Shown here one piece after another: positions 38,586-51,940 of a stretch of DNA of 64,000 bases. The position numbers and the translations under genes are program-made. The stretch's first letter is position 1. Each line of letters begins with the position of its first letter. The notes under the pieces were generated by a model, which saw nothing but the letters and a program-made list of their open reading frames with translations, was not told the DNA's origin and made no database searches. The stretch lies in NCBI GenBank assembly GCA_003971905.1, contig RSEE01000061.1, positions 1 to 64,000 on the forward strand. The letters run 5' to 3'. The DNA comes from Moniliella sp. 'wahieum' (taxonomy: Eukaryota).

Positions 38586-39476
38586 TTCAGGAGCCAGGTG
38601 TCTCTTTGCCAGTCGCCCCCCCTCCCCCTTCCCCCACTGCATAACTTGTGGATGCTCTCATTTTCTTCTCCTGCATTCGGTCATCGCCTCCTTCCTCTCC
38701 TTCCTCTTCGCTGGCGCGCCTGCTTGTATGATACGACCCCGGCTACGTCTGAGCCCAATGTATCCTCTGGTTCCCTTTGCCCGGGCCCTCATACTACTAT
38801 GCATATGTCCCTTCAAAAAAGTCATTGTTCTTCCTGCGATGATTTCGTATCGAAGGAGCGACGAGACAGTGCATCGAATGCTTCAAGCACCATGGCCTGC
38901 TCAACCTTCGTGGCCGAGGCACTGCTGAGGTTGCTTTGGTAGTGGCTAAGCCACCAATTTGGAGGTTTCCATCCACAATCCTGGTAATGGCTGTCCGACA
39001 CTTGCGCCACTATTACGCAATCCACCAGCAGGGTTGGAGGTTGGAATGGGTCATGTGACCGGTGCCGGTGATCTCGCTGATGCGCCCCACGCTGCGGCCC
39101 AGCACAGGGCCAGCAGGGTGGTACGTTGCTAGTTGCTGGTGGCTGCAAGGCGCAGGGCCCGTGCGCACATCACATGCATCACACAACAACCAGCGCATAC
39201 ACGCTTTCTAGTTGGTACTGGGTAGCTTTTCGCCTATAGTAGCGTCACACGTCAAGCCCACTGCGCCCCAGCGCTCCCGACAGTCAGCAAGTCCGCCTCG
39301 CCACCCCGCCGGCGCCAAGCTCCCCCCTGCGCCCACACGCCTGGCCTGTCTCCACCACCATCCCCCAGACAACGCCCGCGCGTGCAGCTCCCCCTCCCCC
39401 TTGCTGTTGGCACACCAGCACCATCCCCGCATTCTTTCTGTCCGCATTATCGTCACCTGAAGGTGTGCAGCGCAGC

Positions 39477-42273
39477 ATGGCGCTGCAAGACGCACCCCAA
39501 CCCTCACTAGTCTGGCTCGCTCGGGTTCGTTGGAGGAGCTTGCCAGCATCCAGCTGAGCTCCGACTCGCCTTGCAAGTCGGACGCTGCTGACAGCACTCC
39601 ATTTGACGCCAGTATGGATTTAATCGCGAACGGTGTGTCGCACCTCCGGGAGTTTGGCCCTAATCCGTAGCCATCGAGATCACTAACCTTGTCCTCTCAC
39701 TATCATCCCAGTCTGCTCGATGGGTTACGAAAAACGCGCGAGATAGTCAACAACCTCCAACTCTTTAACAATGGTCGCTGGATTCTACAGTACCCTGAGA
39801 TGAATGCGCCATCGCCCTCTGTTATGTCACGCCGATGCGGTCGGACTTCATTGGACACGGCTGGGACTACCCAACCTGAGTTTGGCCCGACACATTCTAG
39901 GCTCCCAGGCACGGAAAATATTGTGATGCGTCCCCGTGCTTCTGCTTCTTCCGCCACACTTGACTTGTTTCCCACCAAGGAACAGGACGGGCTGAGCATC
40001 CTTCGTCTTGATCTGCAAGTTGCGGCCGGCTCGACTCTTTCGACCGGCTTCAAGTGCCGCGAGTGCGCGAGTCGGTGTTGCAGTCGCTGGAAAAGTCGTC
40101 CGTGGCTCAACTCTTAGGTGGAAAGATGGCCCAGGCGGTTCAACATTTGGAAGCGTTGCGTTTGCGGATCAGCGACCGTCAGTCCAAGGTGCTAATCACG
40201 GGCGATTTGAATGCGGGGCAAAAGCACATTTGTGAACAGTCTACTGCGTCGCAAATCATGCCGACCGATCAGCAGCCATGTACCACTGCATTTTGCGAAG
40301 TGCTGGACGCTCTCGAATTCAACGCGGGCAAGGGAGATTCATATGCCGCGACCAGGCAAGATTACCGCCCAGAGGACGATGACAGCTACGTGCGCTATTC
40401 ACTGGAGCAGGCTGAGGAGCTTATGTCCTTGCTGGAAGAAGCCAGACATCGCCGTTGCTCAAGTGCTACTGCACTGATCGACATGGGACGCAAGAAAGTC
40501 TCCTGCGCAATGGGGTAGTGGACATTTCTCTTATCGACGCTCCTGGTCTGAACCGTGATTCTCTCAAGACTACAGCTCTCTTTGCTCGTCAGGATGAGAT
40601 CGACATCATTGTTTTCGTCGTCTCGGCGGAAACCACTTCACCCTCTCGGCCAAGGAATTTTGTGGAATGCGTCCAACGAGAAGGCGTACATCTTCGTCGT
40701 CGTCAACAAGTTTGACCAGATCAAGAATAAGGACAAGTGCAAGCGCCTTGTGCTGGAACAGATTAAGCACTCAGTCCACGTACCTACAGCGACGCCGAAG
40801 AATTGGTGCACTTTGTAGACTCGGAAGAGTGTTTCCAACCACGGATGCTGAACTGGCTGACGCGACTGTCATCTTTCCTGGCAAGGCGAGCGCTCGGCAA
40901 GTAGCGTTTACACGTCTGGAACAGTCATTGCGCAAATTTGTGCTTCTGAAGCGGTCCAAATCCAAACTGCTTCCTGCACAGGTGTATGTGCTACGACTCT
41001 TGGCCGATGTGATCCTCTTGGCTCAGACCAACTCTCGTTAGCTCAGGCTGAAGCGGCGGCAGCTGCCTCTATTCTCGCTCTGGCCAAGCTGCTCTGCAAG
41101 ATTGTCGTCGACGAGCGGACCAATTGACAGTCAAATTGGATGAGCAGGAGGACAAAACGGTATCTTCCGCGCAGACGGTGATCGCAGATCAGCTTTCGGG
41201 TGCCCTAGCGTGCGTGCGAGCAGGGCACAGCGCTCACCCAGCTGTATTGTTACCAGCTTACCCTGGTTTGCTCGAGGCGTGGCGCTACGCAGAGGAGGTA
41301 AGGCAGGCGATGGTTGGCTCATTGGAAGCAGCTGTGCGGAGGCGGAGCACCAATCTCGCCAGATTACCAGCGAAGCCGTGACCCTGGTCAAGCATCTGGG
41401 GAGACTCATCTGCCGGCTGGCGTGGGCCGCTCGAACCGTGTGTTTCTACCTGATGCCTGTTTTCATCCAACGTTCGCATGCGCACCGCGAGTCACGGACG
41501 AGCATGTAACCACTTGCCTGGCTCGGCCTGCCCAAAACTGCACTCATTTCACCCCGCTACAGATCTGCTGGATGTGCCATTCCTTGGTCAGCTTTCTGTC
41601 CCCCCTCAATGGTCTGAGTCAAAAATCAATCAAGCCGATCGACGCCCATCATCGGCCCGAACCGGCTGGTTGGCAGAACTGGAGAACCATCTTGTCGGCA
41701 GCTTTACCCTTGGCCTTGGCGCGTTGACGCTGGGTGGCAGCAAGGCATTCGGTCTACGCAGTGATTGAGGGGCTGGCATGTACTGCAGAAGTACTCGGCA
41801 ACCGCAGCGTGCCGTAATGTTATTGGTCCGCTCTTTGCCCTGGCTTTGGCTGGCACCGGACATATGTGATCTTTGACTTGCCTAACTCGATTCCGCGCAA
41901 CGTGGGACGGGCCTTGTCGGCGGCTGCTGCTGCGAGATTGCCATCGAGCGATGAGGTTGTTGCTCTGGGCCCTCGTTCAGCGGATGTGGAGGATGCAGGC
42001 TTTACGGCCATGCACACCGAGCGCATTTCTCGCGAGGTGCGTAAGGTGATGCGTCTCGCCAGCTGGGACTTGCAAGAGACGTTCCGCGCTGCGATCAGTG
42101 AAAAGGCATCGCAGGTAGCGGCCGCAGAACACCAGATCGCCCAAGCGCACGAGGCTCGGCAGTTCTTTAACCAAGCTCTCGAGAGTTCCCGCAGCGCCCG
42201 GGAGGAAGTAGCCACGCTTCACATTGCGGATGAAGCAGGTCCTGTTTCGGCCCCGGCGCGAAGCGAAGGGTAA
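39477..42273 (+). CDS. FZO1: Mitofusin (mitochondrial outer-membrane fusion GTPase)
   Basis: [119 protein letters not shown]. Many frameshifts. Confidence 0.93.
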
Positions 42274-43111
42274 GAGTCTTGCCTGCCCTGCCCTACTAGC
42301 TCCCCATCTACTGCCCTCTTCTGCTGGGAGGGGAGTTTTCTTCCCTTGCCTTGCAACAACCCCTTTCATGTCATGCCCTTCTCTGCCCATTGCTCTGCAT
42401 CCGCTTTTTCTCTGCTCTTCCCCCTTTCCGTCCCATCTGGTCTTCCCCCACCCCATCTACTACGATGTTGCGCTGTGGAGGGAACCTATATTCCTAATGT
42501 CATCGGCATCACCCCCACCAGATCCTCACCCCGTGGCGGGTGGGGCAATGTGCTTTTTATACACAGCGTTTTACATGTCGTTGTGCGACCGGTGCCCTCC
42601 TGTGTGAGTATTGCACAGTTCGGTCGGTGCTGGTTCGAATTCAGCGTTCACCTTGAACGGCCATTCATTTGCCTCATTTCCCTCCTTGAAGCTGTTTGCT
42701 GCTGTTGTACCGTGACTGGTTTTGTTCTGCCAGGGCTTTGCACACGACCTTTTAAAGAGATCGAGCAACCGGATGAAGCTGTTGGTCGATAATAATAAAG
42801 CTTGAAGCTTGGGGACCAGATGGGCTGAATTGCCCCATCGGTGCAACTCATTTGAAATGAAATGTTGGACACGTGGGCTGCTACTCCGAGGGCGCGGCCG
42901 GCTGGGATGGCAGTAGCCATGGAGTTATTGATGGAAGAAGTGGCTTCAAAAAGTGACACGCCCCCAAGATTTTCGGCGTCCACAACCACAACTCCGGGCG
43001 CCGTTGCCGTCGCGGTTGCCATTTCGTTGTCGTTGTCGCTGTCCCTCCCCCTCTCGCTGCGCTTTCTCCACGCTCAACGTGCTTGAGACGTGGTCTATTA
43101 CCAGGCTCAGC

Positions 43112-45636
43112 ATGCGCGTTCCTTCTTTTCCTGCCCATTCGACCCGCATTGCTCGGCTGTGCACGCCCTGCCATTCGCGGCAATTTGCCACCTCCAACTT
43201 GGGTCGGCGGCTCCACCCACCCTCCCACACTCCCTCGGCCGTGGTGGCACCAACGAGCTTGCTTTTCCGGCGCAACGCCCTGTCTTCGTTACCCACACCC
43301 TCCCTTGTCCGGTTTGCTTCCTCTGTCCCATCTTCTTCTTCTCCTCATCTTCTCCAACGCCCCCCGCCCAAGCCCGAACCCGACAGGACGGCCCGTCCTC
43401 GGCTGAGCCTGGTCCAGCAAGTACTTGCGCAGATTCGTCCCCCTGCGAAAGAGGGAGAACCATACCCTAGCCTCAAGAAATTGTGGGCACTCGCGGCAAC
43501 CCAAAAAAAGACCATCATTCTGGCCCTCGCCTTGTTGCTCATTTCCTCGGGTGTTACTCTCACCATCCCAGCAGTCATTGGTCGCTTGATTGACTTGTTT
43601 GGTACCGACGACACGCATGCCTTTTGGGGGCTTACCTTCAATCAAGTGGCTCCAGTGCTCGTCTTGGTTTTTGCGATTGGGGCAGCGGCCAAGGCTGGGA
43701 GCAACATTTTACTTGACATGTCAGCCATCCGGTTGATCCAAAACTTGCGTCAGCGCAGCTTTTCCTCGGCACTGCGCCAGGACGTCGAGTGGGCTGACAA
43801 ACACGCGGGCGATGTAGTGAGCCGGCTGAGTGTTGACACGACCATCGTCGGCGACAGTCTCACTTCGGATGTTGGCGATGGGTTGCGAGCGGCCGTCACG
43901 GTTGTTGCGGCGGGCACGGCAATGCTGTGGATCTCAACCGACTTGACCTACCTCATGATGGGCATTATCCCTCCCACAGCTGTCGGTGCTGTATGGTATG
44001 GCAGGTACATTCGTGGTCTGACCCACAAGACCCAAGACGCTGTGGGGAAAATGACGGATGTGGCCCAGGAGCGGCTGGCACCGCACGCGTTCCGTACCAT
44101 CACTGCCTACAATGCACAGGGAATGGAGGCCAAGCGTTTGCTCGGTGAAATCAAGGCTATTTCTCAGGTCCAAGTGACGGAGGCCAAGGCAACAGGTTAC
44201 TTTTACGCTGGCATGGGCTTTATCGGCAACTGTGCCATCCTCACTTTGCTTGCCTACGGCGGTACACTGGTCTCCAAGGGGATCCTCACCACGGGTGATC
44301 TCACGTCGCTGATGATGTATACTGCCTACCTCGGCGGTGGCCTGGCCAACCTAACGGGGTTCTTTGCCAGTATTATGAAGGGTATGGGCGCAGGGGCTCG
44401 TGTGTTTGCCTTGATGGAACGCGAGCCACACATTCAGTCCGGAAAGCGTCTCGAGCCACCCGACGCTTCCAATCCAACAATCGAATTTTGCAACGTCGAT
44501 TTCAGTTACCCTAGTCGTCCGGAGCGGCCCATTCTACAAGACTTTAACTTGACCATCAAGCCGGGCACCAACGTTGCTCTCTGTGGGTCATCGGGGGTAG
44601 GGAAGAGTTCGGTGCACTCCCTTGTGCTCCGCCTGTACGATCCAGACGCGGGGCAGGTCAGGGTTGCAGGTCACGACGTGAAGGAGTATCAGTTGGACGA
44701 GCTGCGCAACCTCTTTGGTGTGGTGGGGCAAGACCCGGTATGTGTTCTCTGCGCTCTTCTTGATTCAGACTCTGCAGTATACTGACTTTTACGTGGAGGT
44801 CATGTTCGAGGGCACAATCGCTGAGAATATTGCGTACTCGCGTCCAGGAGCAAGCATGGCCGAGATTGAAGCTGCGGCGGACGCGGCCAATTGCATGGAC
44901 TTTATCCGTGCTCTCCCTCTGGGCTTCGACACGAATGCGCGCCAATTGTCGGGCGGACAGCGGCAACGGATCAGCATTGCGCGTTCTCTTCTCCGCGGCG
45001 CACCTATCCTGCTCATGGACGAGGCCACTTCGGCCCTGGACACAAACTCGGAGCACTTGATCAACAGTACCGTCCAAAAGATTGTCAAGTCGGGTCAGGC
45101 GACCGTATGGATCATTGCCCATCGCTTGTCGACGATCAAGTCGGCGGACGTGATTGTCGTGCTGGACCAAGGCCGTGTGGCCGAGGGGCAGCTTCCAGGA
45201 GCTCAACAGGCCTGGGACCCAATTTGAGAAGCTCGTCCGCGCTCAACTAACCGACTCGAACAAAGAAACGGATGACCTGTTTTCCCCAGAGAAGGAGAAG
45301 ATCCTTTTCGACCAGGACGAGGACCTGTTTCCAGATTCCCTGATTGATGCGCATGTGGACGCGTTGCGGGCAAAGGAAAAAGCGTTGGCAGCCGAGTCAC
45401 TGTCTGGGCACGTGCCTTCTGTGTCGGATGCCGAGTTGGAACTGCACCTTGGCCTGGGCGCCACGTTGGGGCCGATGCCCAATGTGCCGGTGCCGGACGA
45501 GCACCCCCTGGATGCCATAGCAGCTGCGCAGCTGGCCGAGCATGACCGCAACGGAGGTCTCCAAGGAGGCGCGGCCATGAAAGACCCCGTGCTACGCTGT
45601 GTGGGGGAAAGAAGCCGGTTACTGTCTGTACTTTAA
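43112..45636 (+). CDS. MDL1: Mitochondrial half-size ABC transporter (Mdl1/ABCB10-like)
   Basis: Arg/Ser-rich presequence; ABC TM domain (GDVVSRLSVDT, GDLTSLMMYTAY); FSYPSRP; Walker A GSSGVGKS; signature LSGGQRQRISIAR; Walker B ILLMDEATSALD; IAHRLSTIK. C-terminal end uncertain. Confidence 0.92.
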
Positions 45637-46044
45637 TATTATGCCTGCCCGTCCCAACTGCCCCAGGATTAAGTATTGAGCTGAGTTCAACCTGATCTTA
45701 GGAGGTGGAACAGGAGCACCCATTCCCTCTCCCTCCCGCTGCTCTCTTGAGAGGGTTGGGCATTAGTTATGTAACGGTGGGACGACGGTGGTGGTGTTCC
45801 ATCGAACAACACACAATCTCTACAGGATAGATGGCCAGTCGATCGGTGACTGGTGAACGCGCATAGCCGCTGAGCGTGACTGTTGTGGCGCGGGTCACTC
45901 GGGTCACCGGTCAGGCCGGTCATTGGTCCAACCATCGAAAGCCGCGGCGCAGATCTGCTGGACTCGGGACGCTAAAGTCCGATCCTCTTCTTCTTCGCTC
46001 CACCATCCGCTTGGCAACCACCCGATCGCCCCCCTTTGTATTAG

Positions 46045-47517
46045 ATGTTGAGTGACGTCCAGAACATCCTTGCCACGCTCGAGGCCAACAAGAGCGCCTA
46101 TGTCCAACGCCTGGCCGAAGCTGTGGCTATCCCATCGGTATCGGGCGAGGCGGTGGCGCGGCCGGAGGTCCACCGCATGGCCTGGCTTGTTGCTCGGATT
46201 AACGAAGCTGGGGCGACAACAGAGCTGAGGGCAATGGGAAAGCAGACTCTTGATGGTGTCGAGGTAGACCTCCCACCTGTCATCGTCGCCCAGGTCGGTA
46301 CGGACCCGGGCAAGAAGACGTTACTAGTCTATGGCGTGCGTGCTCTCATCTCAATATCTCACCGGGAGTTGAAATATGCGTTTAACCTCGTCTGTCTGGC
46401 AGCACTACGATGTACAGCCAGCGGCCAAGGTGGATGGATGGGCGACAGAGCCGTTTGTGCTAACCCAGGATGATCAAGGCCGCATGTGGGGTCGGGGCAC
46501 AAGCGATGACAAGGGCCCTGTCCTGGGCTGGGTCAATGTTCTGGATGCCCACCGCCAAACGGGACGGAGCTTCCAGTCAATTTAAAAATGTGCTTCGAAG
46601 GGATGGAGGAATCGGGTTCTGTTGGGTTGCATGACCTCATTGCACAGGAAAAAGGGGGCTTTTTTGCCGGGCCGATGCCATCTGCATCTCTGACAACACA
46701 TGGCTCTCTAAGCGGCCGTGCTTGACCCATGGCCTACGGGGGATCCAGTACTTTGAACTGCACATTGAGGGTCCTGGAGATTTGCACTCGGGGCTGTTTG
46801 GAGGCATGGTGTATGAGCCGATGACGGACCTGATTCGTATCCTCTCTCAGCTCGTCACATCCCAAGGGGAGATTCTCATTCCTGGGATCAACGATCTTGT
46901 CCGCCCACTCACGCCTGACGAAGCCAAGCGGTACGAGGTGATGGATTTTGACTTGGCCCCCGAGGACAGTGCCAAGGCCAAAGTCGCTCGCTCAGAGGAT
47001 AAGTACGCTGCTGATGGCACGCATGCGCTACCCGACCTTGTCTGTTCACAGCATCGAGAGCTCGGCTGGACCAGGTCCCAAAACAGCCATCCCAGGCAAG
47101 GTCCTGGGCCGGTTCTCTCTCCGTCTCGTGCCCGACATGTCGCCTGAACAGGTGATTAAGCTGACGACTGACTACATCAACCATCTCTGGGCTCAGTTGG
47201 GGAGCAAAACAAGATGCGGCTCGACGCCAATCCGGGGGGAAGCCATGGATGGCAGACACGGACCACTGGAACTACACGGCGGCTTCCAAGGCGGTCGAGG
47301 CAGTCTATGGTGTAGTCCCCGACTTGACTCGTGAGGCGGCTCAATCCCTGTCGCCCTCTCGTTTGCGGACGTACTGGAGAAAAACTTGCTACTTCTTCCT
47401 ATGGGGGGTGCAGATGACGGGGCTCATGCGATCGAATCCCTTGAGCTGCGCAACTTTATTGAAGGTTCCAAGGTGATGGCAGTGTACCTTCACGAGTTGG
47501 CCGTGGCTTCAGTTTAA
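46045..47517 (+). CDS. DUG1: Cys-Gly metallodipeptidase (M20A, CNDP2 ortholog)
   Basis: [104 protein letters not shown]. Intron near 46.34-46.40 kb; frameshifts. Confidence 0.93.
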
Positions 47518-48364
47518 TTGTTGGCACCCTGGGCCCCAATGAAGAATGCATATGTTGAATCAACTTTGAGTGATCGAAGAAGGGGGAGTCAGCACCAAAA
47601 CGCAAGTATATACTACGAGTAGGTCTTCGATAGTAACCCTCCCACGCGGTTGTTAGTTTCTGTTGCCCGAGTTCAACTATCATGTCCAAGAGACCTGATA
47701 TGCGCCGTAGAGGTTGCGTCAATCGATGTGTTGGTCTTCGTAGTATATAAGCGGCGGGAGAAAGATGGCATCAGAGACGTGAGCTCTGCTACTAGAAATC
47801 AAAGGCTCGAGCACCCTCTTAGAAAGGTCGTCTAGGTGTGTACTAGGTATGGCCGACCATATGTCTATTCTCGTCAGTAAGAGAGTGGTACCACTACTCC
47901 ACCCACAACAGTTTCATGTCGTTGGCACCGTATGCTCGTTGTTGTCCACTGTGTCCACTGCAATGCATCCCTCCACCAATACCGACCGTTCACAAGGCTG
48001 CAGGTTAGGCATTTAGTATCCATAAACCGCAGTGGGATGCATCCATATGTACCAGCTACAAACAAAGCGAGCCTGTGGTTATAGCCCCGGAAAGCGCTAC
48101 TTAGCTTTGCAGCTTTGGAAACGTTGCCTCAAGCATCAATCAAGCTGGGTCCTGGTCAATACAATGACGGCCACCCTGACCCATCAAGGATCGTGAAAAA
48201 GAAAACATGAACATAGCAACCACAAAGGCTGCTTATTACAGCAGAATACCCACAGGAAAGAATGTACGGGCCCGCAGTACAGGCCCACAATGAGGAGAAA
48301 CAAGTAAAGAAGGGGAAACTATCCGCGCCTTCTACAGCCGGAGGAGGATGCTTTGCGAAGCTTC

Positions 48365-49853
48365 TCAGAAGCCCACACGCTCGTTGGCCACATCGAAGGT
48401 AATGGGGCCATTGGCTTGGAAGACACTGTCACCCAAAATCCAGCCAATGCTGGAAGTGCCCGAACTGCCAACAACAGCAAAGACGCAGTTTCCACTGTCG
48501 TCTGTTCCGTACGACGTGTACTTGCCCAAGTTGACGGACTTGCCGCCGAGCTTGAAAGTGACAGAAGGGGGGCTGGAGCAGTCGTAGGTGGCCTGCACGG
48601 AGCCCGATCCGAATTGAGGAGTCAATCCGAGCGAAGCGTATAGCTCGAGAGCCTCGAGAAAAGGTGCCTGCAGGGGGAAGGGAGGAAGGTCAAGTGGTTA
48701 GGGTGGGCTATATTTTGGTAAGAATGAGAAAAAAAAAAACCTGTACTTACCACCACCAAGGTCGTGCCTGTGTTGACCAGAACCAAAAGAGGGTTCCTGC
48801 GTCAGAATTTCTGCCGTCATACAACACGCCCGTCAAAGATACGTACCCGAGTCGACAATTCCACTGATCGACTTGCCGTTCACTTCGGCGTCAATGGACC
48901 AGTAGGAAGCGTCAGTCACTTTAGCCCAGGAGGGTTGGCTACCGGCCGTGCCGATGGACAAGGTGGATCCGGACTTCTTCAAATCAAAGACAAAGGACTT
49001 TTGGCTCAGCACGTTCGCTTTGATAAGGGAGTAGAACCAGGGCTCCTGCTGCTGGAACGAAGCGAGATTGGGGAAAGCCATGCCACTGATGCCCTGGCTG
49101 TTTCCCTCGCCCGAGAGGAAGGTGGAGTTAGACTTTCCAATGTAGGCCTTGGGTGCGCTCAAGCCACCAATCGATAGCTTGTCCGAGTACACCTCGCCCG
49201 AGGCAGTGGTGCCGTCACCGTACGAGTCGCTAAAGGTCGTATGAGTGTCGTTGGAAGTGCTCGATTCAGAGGGCTTGTAAGCGGAAGGGTTGACAAGCGT
49301 GTCGGAACTACCCGTGTCAAAGTCTGGGGGAAACGGTCACGTCAGTTTATAGAGACTCATAGAGGCTATCCGCCACCAATGCGGCGCGCGTTAGAAGTGG
49401 GGGGGCAGAGGGTACGGACCAATTGGGATGGACTGGGAAGGCGTGCCGAACGCAATGATGCCTGCAAACAGAGTAGTGGTGAGTGAGGTACATGTGTGGA
49501 TGCTATCTGATAGGGGAAGGATGGCACGTACCGGTCCACAGCAAGCCATCCTGCACGTCGGTCAAAGCGACTTCCCCAGTGCCGCGGCGGCTGGAGTGGT
49601 CACGAGTGTCCAAAGGGTGGCGCAGGCCCGTATTTGCGAAGTAGTTGTCAAAGGTGCGCTGGTACTTGGTGTTGACGCGGTTGATCTCCTTCTGAACGAG
49701 GACCGAATCCACGGCACCGTTCCTGGCATGGACGCTGCGGGCAGAGTTGCGAGCTAGCGGCACCTCGAGGACGCCTGCCGCGGGGCTGGGCTTGGGCAGA
49801 GCGGTGGCCCCGAGAGCGAGGGCAAGGGAGACAAAGAGGGGGGCGAGCTGCAT
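48365..49853 (-). CDS. Secreted pepsin-like aspartic protease (family A1)
   Basis: Signal peptide MQLAPLFVSLALALGATA; FDTGSSD (first catalytic Asp); YGDG flap; GISGMAF; IVDS|GTT (second catalytic Asp, split by an intron); WILGDSVF; FDVANERVGF. Four apparent introns. Confidence 0.92.
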
Positions 49854-51940
49854 GCAGGCAAGATGGCAGGTGGTGCTGTGGTGGTGGTGTGGGTGGCTGA
49901 AGGGGGGTTGGGACGGTGTAGCCAGCCTAATCTATGGAGGGGCACATATATATCAGCCGTAGTAACAATGGAGGCAGTCTTGACCTGTCGGGATGCGCGG
50001 CATACAGGCGTGATGCATGACATGGATGATGCATGCTTGCTGTATGTATATGATCGTCTGCAAGCCCCTGCTTGTCCCTCCTGCACAGGGGCAGTGTGTG
50101 GCATGGGTGCGTCGACATAGCGCGGCCTGCACTGCTGCGGGGGGGGGCTCGGCTGCATCTCGGCATTGCCTGGCACGGGACGGCTGCTGAGCCGGCACGG
50201 AGCAGACTGTGGGTGCGCCGCCCCTGCATGGGGCCACTGTTGGCGCCAGGCGTTTTTGCTGGCCTTGGCGCGCCACGAGATGTTCGTGGCTGGCGTCTAT
50301 ACATGGTCTCAACGAACGACACATGCTTCCGGAGACAGAAACTCAAGGGTAAGGATTACATATTAGCACGCAATATGGGATAGGGACTGGCCTGGAACAG
50401 GGCTGGGGCTTGGATGGGCTTGGAGGTGGACGAGTTCAGAGTGCATCGGGAACGAAAGGGAGGGCGGCAGCCCAGATGCGTGGCAAACGCGAAGAGGAGC
50501 TGCATCTGAGGAGATGTCGAGGCTGGGTTGATTTGTTGATTAAGCTGCCCGACATATGCGACGCGACACCTTTCTGGATCCGATGCATCTGATGGCATCT
50601 CGTTTTCGCGTAATACATTAATCCAACCCCGCAGGTATTTTGATGTTACGGGGCGCTCCGATTAACCTCGGACGCTGAGCTCCGCATTTGTTGATTGCCA
50701 TATTGTGAAAGCGGACACGATATGGGTATTGCCTGCGGATGAAGGAGAACTCGTGGTATGTGTGTGACTACGATCGATCGCCCTCTCGTATATTACAGAC
50801 AACAACCTATTTTGTCCGGAGCAGAGAGAGAGACGAAGGCAACTGAGCGGAGCGAAACCATAATTGCTTCGGGGCCAAAAGCTGTGGCTAAGGATGCCAG
50901 GGTCAAGCTCGGTTATGTCCTTCACCACTCTATAATTCATGGACAACCATGATCGGAACAGCGGTTCTTCCCCGTGCTCGCTGCGACAAGCCCACCACGC
51001 CCAGTGGGGGGCCAACCTATACACAAAAACATTTGCTCCACCTGGCTCCCAGGAGCACATCGATGAGGGGCCCTTCTGTGGGGCCAAGAAGTCAATCCGT
51101 ACGATGACAGCTTGTCCTATCCCTCTCTGACCGGAACTCACTCTAGTCACTGGGGATTATCGATTAACGTGTTTAACCGCAAAACTCTAACTTAAAAGGC
51201 AGGCGTTTCGACGGCTGGACAGTGTCACATCGTTTTCTCCTCATCTGTCCCTCCCCCAACACGTCCTGTTGAGCCATCGGGTGGCTCGTGCTTTGGCCAA
51301 TGTTCAGTTCCTCCTCAGGCCTGGGAGTTCCATTGTTTTCTCTCTCCTGTTTTTTCCTTGTTCCGCAGCTTAGCCCCTGGTGGCGACTCGCTACTTGATG
51401 TTCATATGTAGGCGTTGATGGTTGGCTTAAACCACAACCACCACCAGTGCGATTGCATCGCCCTCGAGGACCATCCGGACTCCAGGTCTCATCACATCCA
51501 CATCCTGAAGACGTGTGCGCGTCGCGCGTATAATATGTGAGGCTAGCCTGAGGACATTCCCTCTTTGGTTTGTTACATGGCCATTCCCTCTGTTTTGGTT
51601 TCCCGTGCACACATCTAATCTATAGCCACTGAGGCCACTGAGGGTTGTCCACCGCCAATACTCTCAATCTGTGTACTCCACAGATATCTTCGGGTGGAAG
51701 ATACATGTGCACAAGCCGTGTGTGGCTCGTTCTCATTACGTTCATTTAATCCGTTTAACATTTAATTTTTTGATCGAACCATCGTTCATCGATCGTTCAT
51801 CTGTTCCGTTCAACGTTCAACGTACGTTCAATGTTCATCGTCACGCGTCATCGTTCATCTTACACGTTCACTACATTCGACGTCCGACGCTTCCGCCACC
51901 ACCTCCTCTGTCTGCGCCCCGCTTTCTCCCCGCATACACT

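Noticed and set aside
33421..49853. AA7 oxidase, ABC transporter and peptidases as a secondary-metabolite cluster
   Set aside because: There is no backbone enzyme (PKS, NRPS or terpene synthase). The ABC protein is mitochondrial Mdl1 and the neighbours are housekeeping genes.
50700..51130. Possible degenerate gene with a GTATGT...CAG intron-like segment
   Set aside because: All frames are interrupted by stops and no homology was recognised.
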